Of a DNA stretch of 64,000 nucleotides, positions 44,326 through 54,846 are shown in pieces (the first letter of the stretch is position 1; each line of letters starts with the position of its first letter). Origin of the DNA: Octopus vulgaris. Lineage: Eukaryota. The notes beneath the pieces are model-generated. The model ran no database searches and had not been told where the DNA came from. It saw nothing but the letters and a program-made list of their open reading frames with translations. Where the stretch lies: the NCBI GenBank assembly GCA_951406725.2, contig OX597815.1:147870001-147934000 (forward strand), in the 5' to 3' direction. The translations under genes and the position numbers were made by a program.

Positions 44326-44500
44326 CGGTTTTTTTGACTTTTTATTAAAATTTTATGTATTGATTAAGTCTTTCCTTGTTTGTTTTGCAAAATAGTGGTT
44401 TTGTCTCTAATAATATTATATAATATTTTACTATAAAATTGGATTTAATCCTAAATCTGTTTTTTTCCCTGTAAATTTGGATTTATTCCCTAATATTTAT

Positions 44501-44596
<96 letters not shown>

Positions 44597-45227
44597 TATA
44601 TGGGTACAGGATGTCACCAAGTTTGGGTACAACATGAAGAACGAAAACAAACCAGTTAAATGTTACAGAGAACGACCCGTCATCAGTTGTCGACTGTCTA
44701 TCTACTCCTCATTTCGAGCATTCCATGAGAACATGAGTCTTCAAAAATAGTTGTTCCCATAAATTCTAAAATAAAATTTTGGAATTATGTAGGGTCAAAT
44801 TAATGGAAGGTAAAAGAAAGGACAGTGGAGAAATACAAGGAATCCGAACGAAAAGAAGCATGAAGTGCCGTTTGACCAGAACTAGAGAAAAATAGTGAAC
44901 GGTGAGATAAATATTTTCTTTGAAAAGGGAACAGATAAAAGACAGAGAGAGAGTAAATGTCCAATCCTTAGCACGTCGTGCAGGAAAATAAATATGGCCT
45001 CGTGAGGAGAAGGATGAAGTACGATGGTAACGAGTGAGCAATGAGAGAGAGAGAGAAAAAATGAGGAAGAAGGGAAGAGAGAGACAGATAGAAAATGATG
45101 AAGGAGAGAAAAAGGGAATTAGAGAAGTTTGGGGAAGAAACTAACATAGAGTAGAATCGCATCAAAATGGTTGGTATTGTTACTAAGAAATGCATGTGTG
45201 GCGTTCACTTAATTAATCACATAAATA

Positions 45228-45307
<80 letters not shown>

Positions 45308-45563
45308 GTGTTTGTGTGTCTGTGTTTGTCGATGCATATATGAGCACAGGACGTCGGCAACTGTGTAAAGAACATGAAGTACGAAAACGAACGTGTTAAA
45401 TAAGCAAACAACGGGAGACAAAATGAAAAACAGAAGTAAACAAGGAGACATATCCATATATATATATATGTGTGTGTGTATGCATATATATATATACATA
45501 CATATATACATATATATATATATGCACACACATACAAATATATAGGTACATACATGCATACAT

Positions 45564-45624
<61 letters not shown>

Positions 45625-45626
<2 letters not shown>

Positions 45627-45662
45627 CGCAGGAGTGGCTGTGTGGTAAGTAGCTTGCTAACC
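45625..45662 (+). mobile_element. SINE family A, 5' piece (box A side) up to the LINE insertion
   Basis: GGCGCAGGAGTGGCTGTGTGGTAAGTAGCTTGCTAACC; box A-like TGGCTGTGTGGT; the last 16 nt recur at 51138-51153. Confidence 0.88.
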
Positions 45663-46180
45663 TCACTGAATGAAGAGTGACTTTGCTTACCTTACTACGG
45701 TTTGGACGCGTTTTCTTCCCGGTAAGAGTTTTGCTGTGTTGTTAATATTACTTCGTACCATCTGGAACTTGTTGAATATTACTACTGAAAACTTGTTTTT
45801 GAACGTTGTTGTTGAACCGTCTTGTTCCCCGGTTCTACCGGGGAATAATTGGATAATTCTTTACTGTTGAACTGTTAGCCATTGTGGCTTTTTATCTACG
45901 TGACTGTATATAGTCTTGCCAGACTATTTTCGTGCCCCTCCCCCGAATGGGGGTGGGAATTAAACTTAATTTTTGAACTGCTTTATACCACTCATTGAAC
46001 TGCTTTGGAAGAAAAAAATTTATAGGTTTCCCAGTTTTTTGGAAACCAATATTTGTATTTTTTGTGTTGTCTATTACTAATTTCAACAGAATAACGTCTG
46101 TTGAGATTGTTCATGAATAAAGTGCTCTTGAGGAGAGCAATGTTGATAACTGTAGTAAAAAATTTTCTGCGGTAGCCGCA

Positions 46181-47227
46181 GTGGCAACCGAGAACATTGA
46201 TATCAATGTCAATCACCTCGTCGAGCTATTTAAAAGAAGGAAAGAGGAGGGTGGTGATGTTAAAATATCGCCCTCCGCCAGTATCGTGAAGACCGAGAAG
46301 CGGACCGTAGTGTTTAAAACCTTCTGTCCACAAAGCAGAAGATTCAAACACTTTGAAAAGAATACTATCGAGAAATGCTTGTCCCCGATTTGGAAGGACA
46401 TTGTGTACGTCGCCAGGGGACGGGCATATGGCACTGTGGAGTTCCGCTTCTCGGGGGAAGAGATGGCCCGCGGGCATTCTGTGAATCCCCTAAAAACCAA
46501 GGAGGTGGTGCTCCTGCCAACCTATAGGGGACGCAGGACGTCCCGGGTAAGGATTGCAGTAGCACCGCCGGAAGTAGATCCTGTAGAGGTAGTGGCCGCC
46601 CTGTTATATAAAAGGACGGACAAAATTATTAAAATATTACAGGTAACATGCTCTGCCCCTCAATATTGGCTTGGGCGGGACATTAATGTAATAATTCAAG
46701 GAACACAGAACGACCTGCAGGTCCTTCCTGAGAGGGTGCTCGTGGGCGAGAATGTGGCTCTCAGGGTACAGGTCGAAGGCAAAAAGGGCCACATTCGTGT
46801 AGACTGTCCAGACAAGCAAAAGAAACCGCAGACACCGGGCCCCTCAGATAATAAAAAAATCCCTACCTTTGCAAACCCACCTACCCCTACAAAAACAAAA
46901 AGTCCCACTCCTGATGTTACGGTGCCAACCCAAAAACAAACTGACAAAAAAAGCCAGTCCTTGCACACACAAACCTCTACATTATTAAAACTTCCCACCC
47001 CCTTAAAAACTGCGTTGCCTACTGAACAAAATATTGCTACCCCAGACGATACCATGGAGGTATCAGAGGAGGGATTTACAACTGTTCGTAAGAGAACTCG
47101 TGCATCATCCCCGTCCACATCCCCTACAAAAAATAATAAAAACAAAGACACACCACAGGCACCAAAAAAATCCCTCCCAACTGCCCCCCTCCCTCCAATA
47201 AAGACGAAAAAAATGAACTTATATTAA
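46181..47227 (+). CDS. LINE ORF1 (gag-like nucleic-acid-binding protein); start and end uncertain, zinc knuckle partly deleted
   Basis: 348-aa ORF directly upstream of ORF2. RRM-like N-half, VQVEG|KKGHIRVDCP (knuckle missing its CX2C), Pro/Thr-rich linker, EEGFTTVRKR motif. Confidence 0.75.
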   Translation: MATENIDINVNHLVELFKRRKEEGGDVKISPSASIVKTEKRTVVFKTFCPQSRRFKHFEKNTIEKCLSPIWKDIVYVARGRAYGTVEFRFSGEEMARGHSVNPLKTKEVVLLPTYRGRRTSRVRIAVAPPEVDPVEVVAALLYKRTDKIIKILQVTCSAPQYWLGRDINVIIQGTQNDLQVLPERVLVGENVALRVQVEGKKGHIRVDCPDKQKKPQTPGPSDNKKIPTFANPPTPTKTKSPTPDVTVPTQKQTDKKSQSLHTQTSTLLKLPTPLKTALPTEQNIATPDDTMEVSEEGFTTVRKRTRASSPSTSPTKNNKNKDTPQAPKKSLPTAPLPPIKTKKMNLY

Positions 47228-47500
47228 TTAAATATGATACACGAAACAAATATATAAACGATGCGGTGGTTCCACATCACACAGCAAGACTGTAAAACAA
47301 ACACAAAGTTCTAAATGAAAGATGTGCGTGGATTGAGGAAACAGCGTTCAAACAATTAAAAGACAGACACCCAGAGGCCATCCGGCGTATCCCGAACTTG
47401 CCGGACTATCTGAAGAAGGAGAAGGAAGGGGCCCACAAATGTGTGGTGAGGTCGGCCCCAACCCCTCCAACGAAATGTAAGTAGAACTTTTACTTTTGTA

Positions 47501-50500
47501 ATGGCTTCTCTTAACTTTGGTTGCTTAAATGTGCGTGGTCTGAGTTCGAAGTGGAAGCAGGCTTGTTTCCTCGACGACCTCAGGTCACATGATATACATG
47601 TGATGGTTGCTACAGAGACCAAACTGGACAGCCTACAAACCTTCTCGCCTCTCCTGAATGGCTACGAGAAAATCATGTCTCCTGGCCTGACCGGAGGGCG
47701 AGGGGGTGTAGTGGTACTGATCCGTAATGACTAGGTTCTGCAGACAAGTACAGTCTATGTGGACCCAGAAGGTCGGCTGGTCGTCCTTGATGTGACATAC
47801 AGCAGTAAGGCCTTCAGGTTGATCGTACTCTATGCACCTTGTGCTAGAGGTTTCCAAACTGATTTCTATCGGCGCCTACAGGGTTTTCTCGTGACGTCGA
47901 AGACTTTAGTGGTATTAGGGGACTTTAATGCTATCGTTGACGTACACATCGATAGCGTTGGCTCGATCCATAGGAAAGTAAACTCACGTCTCGTGGATCT
48001 GCTTAAGCGGTTTCCGCTGGCAGATCGTTACAGACTTGACCATCCGAACGTCCCAGAGTGGACCTGGATGAGTGGCGACAGAAGTTTCAAGTCTTATCTA
48101 GACAGGATAGTAATAAGAACTAGAGATAAGTCTAGTTTTAGTTGTCCACAGCTCGTCCAGGTGCCCTATACTGACCATAGAATGGTCAAGTGTAGACTGG
48201 ACATAGATAGCACACTTAAGATAGGAACCAGCTACTGGAAGCTGAATAAGTCTATTTTGACTCGCGAGGCATACCGTAGCCGGATTAAGGAGTTAGTGCA
48301 GAGGGCGTTAACCGGAGCCGTGGTTAACAACCGGTGGTGGTTCGCCCTTAAGAGAGACATTCGATTCGAGGACATTAGATTTAGTAAAAAACTAAGACTA
48401 GATAGGGCTAGAATAGAAGGGCAACTAGTTAAGAACTTAGAGGAGGCGTTGAGGTTGGGCTCTGCATCTCACATTTTAGCGGCGAGAACGGCATTAGACC
48501 GTCATCTCAAAACCAAACATGAGGGATGTAGAGTTCGGGCTAAAGTACGAGCATTGGGTCGTGAGGGAATTAATGTTGCCGGATGGGCCCGTACGATAGA
48601 ATCACAGCGTGACAACGATGCCACAATTGGGTCTCTTTTTTATGAAAACGGATGCACGGTCAAGAAGCGGGACGAGATGTGGGAGGCACTTCACAAGCAC
48701 TTCACCGTGTTGTTCGGGAGGTGCGGGACGCTGGATCATGGTGAGGCCCTTAGGGAATTCCTGTCTGGTGGCCCGCGTCTCTCGGCACGAGAGGCTGAGT
48801 GCTGCGAAGGGCCAATCACATTCGAGGAGGTAATCGAGGTGTTGGGCAAGTGCCCCGGGGAGAAGTCGCCGGGTCTCGATGGTTTGCCCTATGAATTATA
48901 TAAAAGTATGCCAGACTTGTTCGGGCACCTGCTGGCTAGCCTCTACGCCAACTGGCAACAGAATGGGAGAACTCCCAAGTCTGCCAGCCGGAGGTGGTGA
49001 CGTTGATCAGGAAGGACCCGAGCAAGGGGGACGAGATAGGAATCTTCAGGCCTATAACTCTGCTGAGCACAGAGTTAAAGATTCTGGCCTAAGTGCTAGC
49101 AAAAAGTTTGGCGCGGGTCGTGGACAAACTTGTCGGGGAAGCGCAAACGTGCGCTATCCCTGGCAGAGCGATCCACAATAATCTCCACCTTATACGCTAC
49201 TCCTTAGAGAGGGTGGGAAGCTTTCTGTCGCAGGGGGAGCACTGGTACATTTAGACTAGTCTAAAACATTTGATAGGGTCGACCATCGGTACTTGGCGGT
49301 GGTCCTCGGAGAGGCTGGCCTAGGCCCGACCTTTCGAGGTTGGATCGTTGCTTTGTATAGCGACATCGAGTCTGTAGTCAAGGTGAACGGTTTCTTTTTG
49401 AAGCCGTTCAGGATCGAGCGTTCAGTTCGTCAGGGGTGTCCCCTGTCCTCGCTCCCATATGTATTGGCTCTTGAGCCTTTGCTGTGGAAGTTGGAGGCAC
49501 TAGGGGGGGGGGGGGGCGCCGCATGATCTATGGTGTGGAAGAGGAGCTACGGCGTATGCGGATGACACCTCCTTCATTGTGGCAGACGAAGGCCAGCTTC
49601 CAATGGTGGAAGAGGCCATCAAAAGCTACGAGGCGGTAGCAGGAGCAAAGGTTAACAAGGACAAGTCGGTCGGTTTGCAACTCGGCACCTGGAGGGGCAA
49701 GCCGATGCCGTCCAATAACGTCGTGGGGCGTTGGACGGAAGGTCCTGTTAAGCTGCTCGGCATCTGGATTGGTCCAGAACTCCAGATAGAGAAAAATTGG
49801 AGTGAGGTGGCCAGCAAGCTGACCGCTCTAACCCAGACCTGCTCTGGGCGGGCGTTATCCCTGCTAGGGAAAGCGGGGGTGGTGCAGATGTTTATAGCAT
49901 CAGTAATCACCTACCGTCTGACCGTGGTGCCTTGCCCCGATTTGTGGCTGAACAAGTTGGAGAGAATCCTCTTCCGCTTTTTGTGGAAAGGAGAAAAGCC
50001 ACTTGTAAAGCGCTCTGTCTGCTGCTAGAAACCGCTAAAGGGTGGGCTAGGGATGCCTTGGCTGAGGATGCGAAAACTCGCGTTAAGTTGGGGGCGCCTC
50101 TGGCTTTACCTGGATGGAGAGCAGGTGTGGTCACCGCACGTCCGGTTCTACCTTCCCCAGTTAACATCCCTAACGGACATCGGTGCATGGATCAAGCGGA
50201 AACCTAAACTGGGTGAATGGCATTTGGAGTGCCGTCAGGCGCTCCAGCTACTCTCTCGGGCGGGCAACGCCGGCAACAGGGGTTCCACCACGGATTTCTA
50301 TACTGGGTTAGTGGAACTTATGTGAGAAGACGCCTTAGGGGAAGCCCTGGGCTACGATGAAAATCAGTTGGTCAACTTGTTCCGGAGGACGTTCGGGCCG
50401 GGGTATCTGGATAATTACCAGAAATCCCTGGCCTGGCAGTGTTTCCGGGCGGCTTTACCTGTTCGCGACAAGCTGTCAAGGCACGGAAGTGCCGTCTCGC

Positions 50501-50905
50501 CGACATGCCCGCGATGTGAGCAGGATAGGGAAACCGTCTTGCACCTATTCGTGGAGTGTCCGGAGTTATCGGGACTGATAGCTTTTGCCGAACAACTGTT
50601 GTCAATGATGGGAAGAGTACAGCTATCAGCTGAGTCTATCATCAAGATTGTGCCGCCTCCTTTCCTTAATAGGGAAAGAAAGGCTTGTTTTTTCTGTGTA
50701 GTAGCTATACTGAAAGAAACATTATGGAAGACGCGCACGAAAGTTATAGTGACAGGCACTTGTCTCCGGCCAGGGGTTGATTAACTTTTTTAGTTACCAC
50801 CTCAGTAGCAAAATCAGGATGGAGAAGAGGTGCCTGTCACGAGATATGTTTGTGAAAAGATGGAAGCCTGTGGCATGCAAGCTGGGTATGTTTGGCACCA
50901 GGTAA
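47501..50905 (+). pseudogene. LINE ORF2 (APE endonuclease, RT, C-terminal zinc-binding), with stops and frameshifts
   Basis: CLNVRGL, ATETK, DPEGR, LYAP, LGDFN, SYLDRI, TDHRMV, YWKLN, KSPGLDGLPYELY, FRPITLL, KTFDRVDH, SVRQGCPLS, AYADD, GGLGMP, CPRCEQDRETVLHLFVEC. Confidence 0.92.
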
Positions 50906-51137
50906 GTGTGACCGGATCAAAAAGTAAAGGTTCTACCCGGATGGCTGGGTGTCTGTCCTTCGACATGATCATTAAGTAATATTTTTAAACATTGTCTTCG
51001 TAAAATTCATTGTTTATAATCTTATCCGTAATTTCATTCGAAAATTTTAACTGTGTTAAGTTACTTCACCATTTATATCTGTCTGTCTTTGTTTGTCTCC
51101 TCTTTGTAAATGCCTAAATGGCAAATTATATGAAATA

Positions 51138-51518
51138 AAGTAGCTCGCTAACCAACCACATGGTTCCGGGTTAAGTCCCACTGCGTGGCATCATGGGCAA
51201 GTGTCTTCTGCTATAGCCCCGGACCGACCAATGCCTTCTGAGTGTATTTGGTAGACGGAAACTGAAAGAAGCCTGTCGTATATATGTATATATATATATA
51301 TGTGTGTGTGTGTTTGTGTGTCTGTGTTTGTCCCCCTAGCATTGCTTGACAACCGATGCTGTTGTGTTTACGTCCCCGTCACTTAGCGGTTCGGCAAAAG
51401 AGACCGATAGAATAAGTACTGGGCTTACAAAGAATAAGTCCCGGGGTCGATTTGCTCGACTAAAGGCGGTGATCCAGCATGGCCGCAGTCAAATGACTGA
51501 AACAAGTAAAAGAGTAAA
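51138..51518 (+). mobile_element. SINE family A, remainder (box B side, internal microsatellite, body, LINE-like tail)
   Basis: CCAACCACATGGTTCCGGGTTAAGTCCCACTGCGTGGCA...GGAAACTGAAAGAAGCC, then (TA)/(TG), then GGCGGTGATCCAGCATGGCCGCAGTCAAATGACTGAAACAAGTAAAAG. Confidence 0.9.
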
Positions 51519-51615
51519 GTTTCCCTTCTTTCCTGAGCGTCAATAATACTTTAATTGTTCCACGTCCTCGCGTTGCTGTTTTTTTCTCTTTTTTTCTGTG
51601 TTTTCTTGTTTGGAT

Positions 51616-51661
<46 letters not shown>

Positions 51662-52827
51662 AGATAATTGTGTCATTGAGACCCAAAGGTGTCAGGTAAT
51701 GCTGAATAAGTGCTATAGACAGACCATAGTTAAATTCCAGATTCGGTAATTTTTCGAATAAGGGTTCTATTTCAGCGTGTGTATATAAGAATGTTTTGCG
51801 TAATAAGATAGCAAAAGCCAAGGCTGTGTAGATATTAGCATAAATGCTCTAAAATAAGGTGGATTCGTAGTATGACGGATAATTATTCAATATTATGTGT
51901 TCTAGCAAAATCTTTTACATTTAATGTAATAAAACAAAACCGACTTATACGGCAGGTATGTAAAAAATATTTGTTTTTGAATAAAACGTTGAAAACTTAG
52001 TGCTCCCTTTATGCCAAATCTGATACAGATTGATCCAGCGGCTTGGCTATGCAGAACAATTGACCGTATAGTTAGGGAGAAATTGTAGATTCGATTTCGA
52101 ATATAATGTAGAAACCAATATCCAAATAGAAATAGTCACTTCGGATATAAATATGAAATATCGAGTGTACTATAGCTAATTTTATTTGATCCTTTCCACG
52201 AACAATAATTTCAATAATATATATCTAACTTACGTCACGGAAATATTGAACTTTCAAATTTATAATTGAAATATATCATCTGAATTGAAAGATATCCTAC
52301 ACTCTATAAGCGTGTGCCCGTATGAAGATATTTCGCTATTTAGAAGCCTCACTGCTTCTTTTTCTTTAAATCTTTTGTTTCATTATCAGAATTAAAAAGC
52401 ATTTCAGAATCAATTCAGAATCGTTTACCTTTCAAGCGAATAAACAAAATCGACATAATTTCCAGACAGCCAAATTTGGTTCAGATTGATCCAGCGGTTT
52501 AGCCGTGCATAGAGGAAACACACACATACACACACACACACGCACACACATTCAAACACACACATAGTAAAAATAAAAGTGAAACAATATTAAGTGAAAG
52601 AACAAAAGTGAAAAATTATTCCACTACAAAAAATACCGGAAGGGTCGTATAGGATTGGGTAGTGACCCCTATTTGGGCAACAGTCAATATTTTAACCCCG
52701 GTCCCCAGAACGTTTCAGGTATATTGAAAAGCCTTTATGCCAGCGATTTGGCTGTGCATAGAAGAAACACACAAACACACACAGAGTGAATTTTATATAC
52801 ATATAGAGGTATATGTATGTATGTATG

Positions 52828-52892
<65 letters not shown>

Positions 52893-52910
52893 GTGGGGAG
52901 AGTGCGTATG

Positions 52911-52927
52911 TAATAATAATAATGTTA

Positions 52928-52983
<56 letters not shown>
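52911..52983. repeat. (TAA)n microsatellite
   Basis: Direct reading. Confidence 0.95.
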
Positions 52984-52984
<1 letters not shown>

Positions 52985-53014
52985 GACACACAGACAGATA
53001 AAACAGACAGAGAA

Positions 53015-54540
53015 AATGATGGCTGTGGATGATTAAGAGTGATTTAAAACCGGAAACGGAGGCTCTAATCTGTGCTGCTCAAGAGCAAGCACTAGGAACA
53101 AACTACATAAAATACAGAACAGACAACGCAGCAGAAAGTGATAAATGAGATATAATGCGTTCCTTTCAAATGGACTGAGGAGGAAATATCAACACTGGAT
53201 AGAAGGACGAGAAAGTTGATGACACTGCATAAGGCGCTACACTTTTAAGCAAACGTTAACTTACTATATATGAAAAGAAAGAATAGTGGCAGAGGACTAA
53301 ATAGTACGGACTATTGTATAAGGATAGAAGGAGAAAGCTTGCCGAGTATTTGATAAATAGTGAAGACCTGCTGCAATATGCCGCGAAAGATGTGTAAATT
53401 TTGATGATATGATGGGCAAGGATGAGTTTTCCCAGAGGGCTGTGGAGAAGAGAAAAGAATACCATTTTGAAATGAGATTGCATGGACAGTTTGAAAGGAA
53501 TACACAGGCATTAAGGATAATACAGCATCCTGAGCATGGATAGAGAGAAAGTCTGAAGATTGCAGCACAAGACCAGTCTCTCGCCACAGTGAAGTATGAT
53601 ATCTATAAAACTTCTGACACTCAGAAATGCAAACTCTGTGGAAAGAGTGTGGAAAATGCGACCCACTTGGTAAGTGAATGTGAGAGCCTTTCACACAAAG
53701 AATATACGCGCCGCCACGATAAATTGTGTGTGCGTATTCATTGGCTCTTATGTCGCAAATACCAATATGATGTAACAAATAGCTGGATCATATAACAAGT
53801 AAAGATATGCAGGAGGAAGGAAAAGTAGCTATACTCTGTGACTATGATTTTCAGACGGATCGTGTAATCGAATACTGTCGGTCGGATATTGTCATATTGT
53901 ATAAGAGAGAAAAATCCTGTCAGATCACTGATGTAGCCATACCAAATGACATGAATGTTGTGAGTAAAGAGGTTGAATCAATAAGTCCTCCGAACTGACT
54001 GTATGCAATGCGAGAGGGTAATGTAAAAGTGATACTAGTGGTGATCGGAGTGTTGGGCTCAATCTCATTGAAACTTTAAAACTTCTTAAGGCAAGTGGAA
54101 ATCACATACACGTTTGATGTTTTGGAAAAAGCAGAGGTATTGGGCACGGTGCCTATAGTAAGGAATGTATTATCTACCTGAGCCCCTCGTTGTGATTTCA
54201 CAGACGACTAAAGACTCATATGCATTTTTCATTCAATGTGTTACAAAGAAAAAAAAATTAATGGCCTCAACTCCAAAAATAGCATTAACGCCTTGATACT
54301 TCAAGTAGCCCAATACAGTTTTAACATCATTAACTGCGATCATACAGAACTCCAACGCCTGGAGAGGAAGACAAGTAAACTACTAACATATAAGAAAATG
54401 CACCACCCAAAAGCAGACGTTGATCGTCTGTACCTACCTAGAAGTAATGGGGGAAGAGGGATAATGTAGGTAGAACTGTGCTATAAGACATCTACAATAG
54501 CATCCAACAGGTACTTAACTAGTACAGAGGACTGGATTTT
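53015..54540 (+). mobile_element. Three stacked Dong/R4-type LINE fragments (~53015-53147, ~53150-54190, ~54236-54540)
   Basis: WMIKSDLKPETEALICAAQEQAL; LDRRTRKLMTLHKALH; CKLCGKSVENATHLVSEC..YTRRHD; DFQTDRVIEYCRSDIV..ITDVAIP; HHPKADVDRLYLPRSNGGRG. Confidence 0.85.
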
Positions 54541-54544
54541 GCTT

Positions 54545-54846
54545 GCTTATATTTTCGTTATACCTGGTACTTATACAATCGATCTCTTTTGCCAAACCGA
54601 TCTCTTTTGCAATTTACAGGGACGTAAAAACACCACACTAATTGTCAAGCGATGGTGAGTGACACATGCCAAGACGATCACACACACACACATATGTATG
54701 TATAAATACCCCAAAAGAAGGTCTTTGTTTTGTTTCCAGCAACAAATCCATTCTCAAGGCTGTTGTCATCCCGAAGATGATATTCGCCGAAAGTCTCATG
54801 CAGTGGTACCGAAGCGAGAATCACGTTGTTTGGAAGCAAATTTCTT
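54545..54846 (-). mobile_element. SINE family A, remainder downstream of the second Tx1-like insertion (decayed, 3'-truncated)
   Basis: Reverse complement AAGAAATTTGCTTCCAAACAACGTGATTCTCGCTTCGGTACCACTGCATG...GCCTTGAGAATGGATTTG...ATCGCTTGACAA...TTTACGTCCCTGT...TTTGGCAAAAGAGATCGATTGTATAAGTACCAGG is colinear with 51138-51425. Confidence 0.8.

Larger units (their letters stand above)
40865..44410. repeat. 3.5-kb palindrome: ~1.6-kb inverted arms (40865-42470, 42805-44410) with a 334-bp spacer; non-coding PLE/retrozyme-like element
   Basis: Arm ends and the two hammerheads are symmetric (coordinate sums equal 85275). Few mismatches between arms. The right-hand copy extends to ~44497. Confidence 0.92.
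45663..51137 (+). mobile_element. Apparently full-length Tx1/L1-clade LINE (~5.5 kb) with 16-bp TSD
   Basis: 5' UTR, ORF1, ORF2 (APE-RT-Cys/His), T-rich 3' UTR, AATAAA at 51134-51139. TSD AAGTAGCTTGCTAACC (45647-45662) / AAGTAGCTCGCTAACC (51138-51153). Confidence 0.93.

Noticed and set aside
51900-52810. Repeated GATCCAGCGG.TT.GC.GTGCATAGA.GAAACAC motifs, possibly Helitron/DINE-like ends
   Set aside because: Likely repeat-derived, but termini could not be defined well enough to call.
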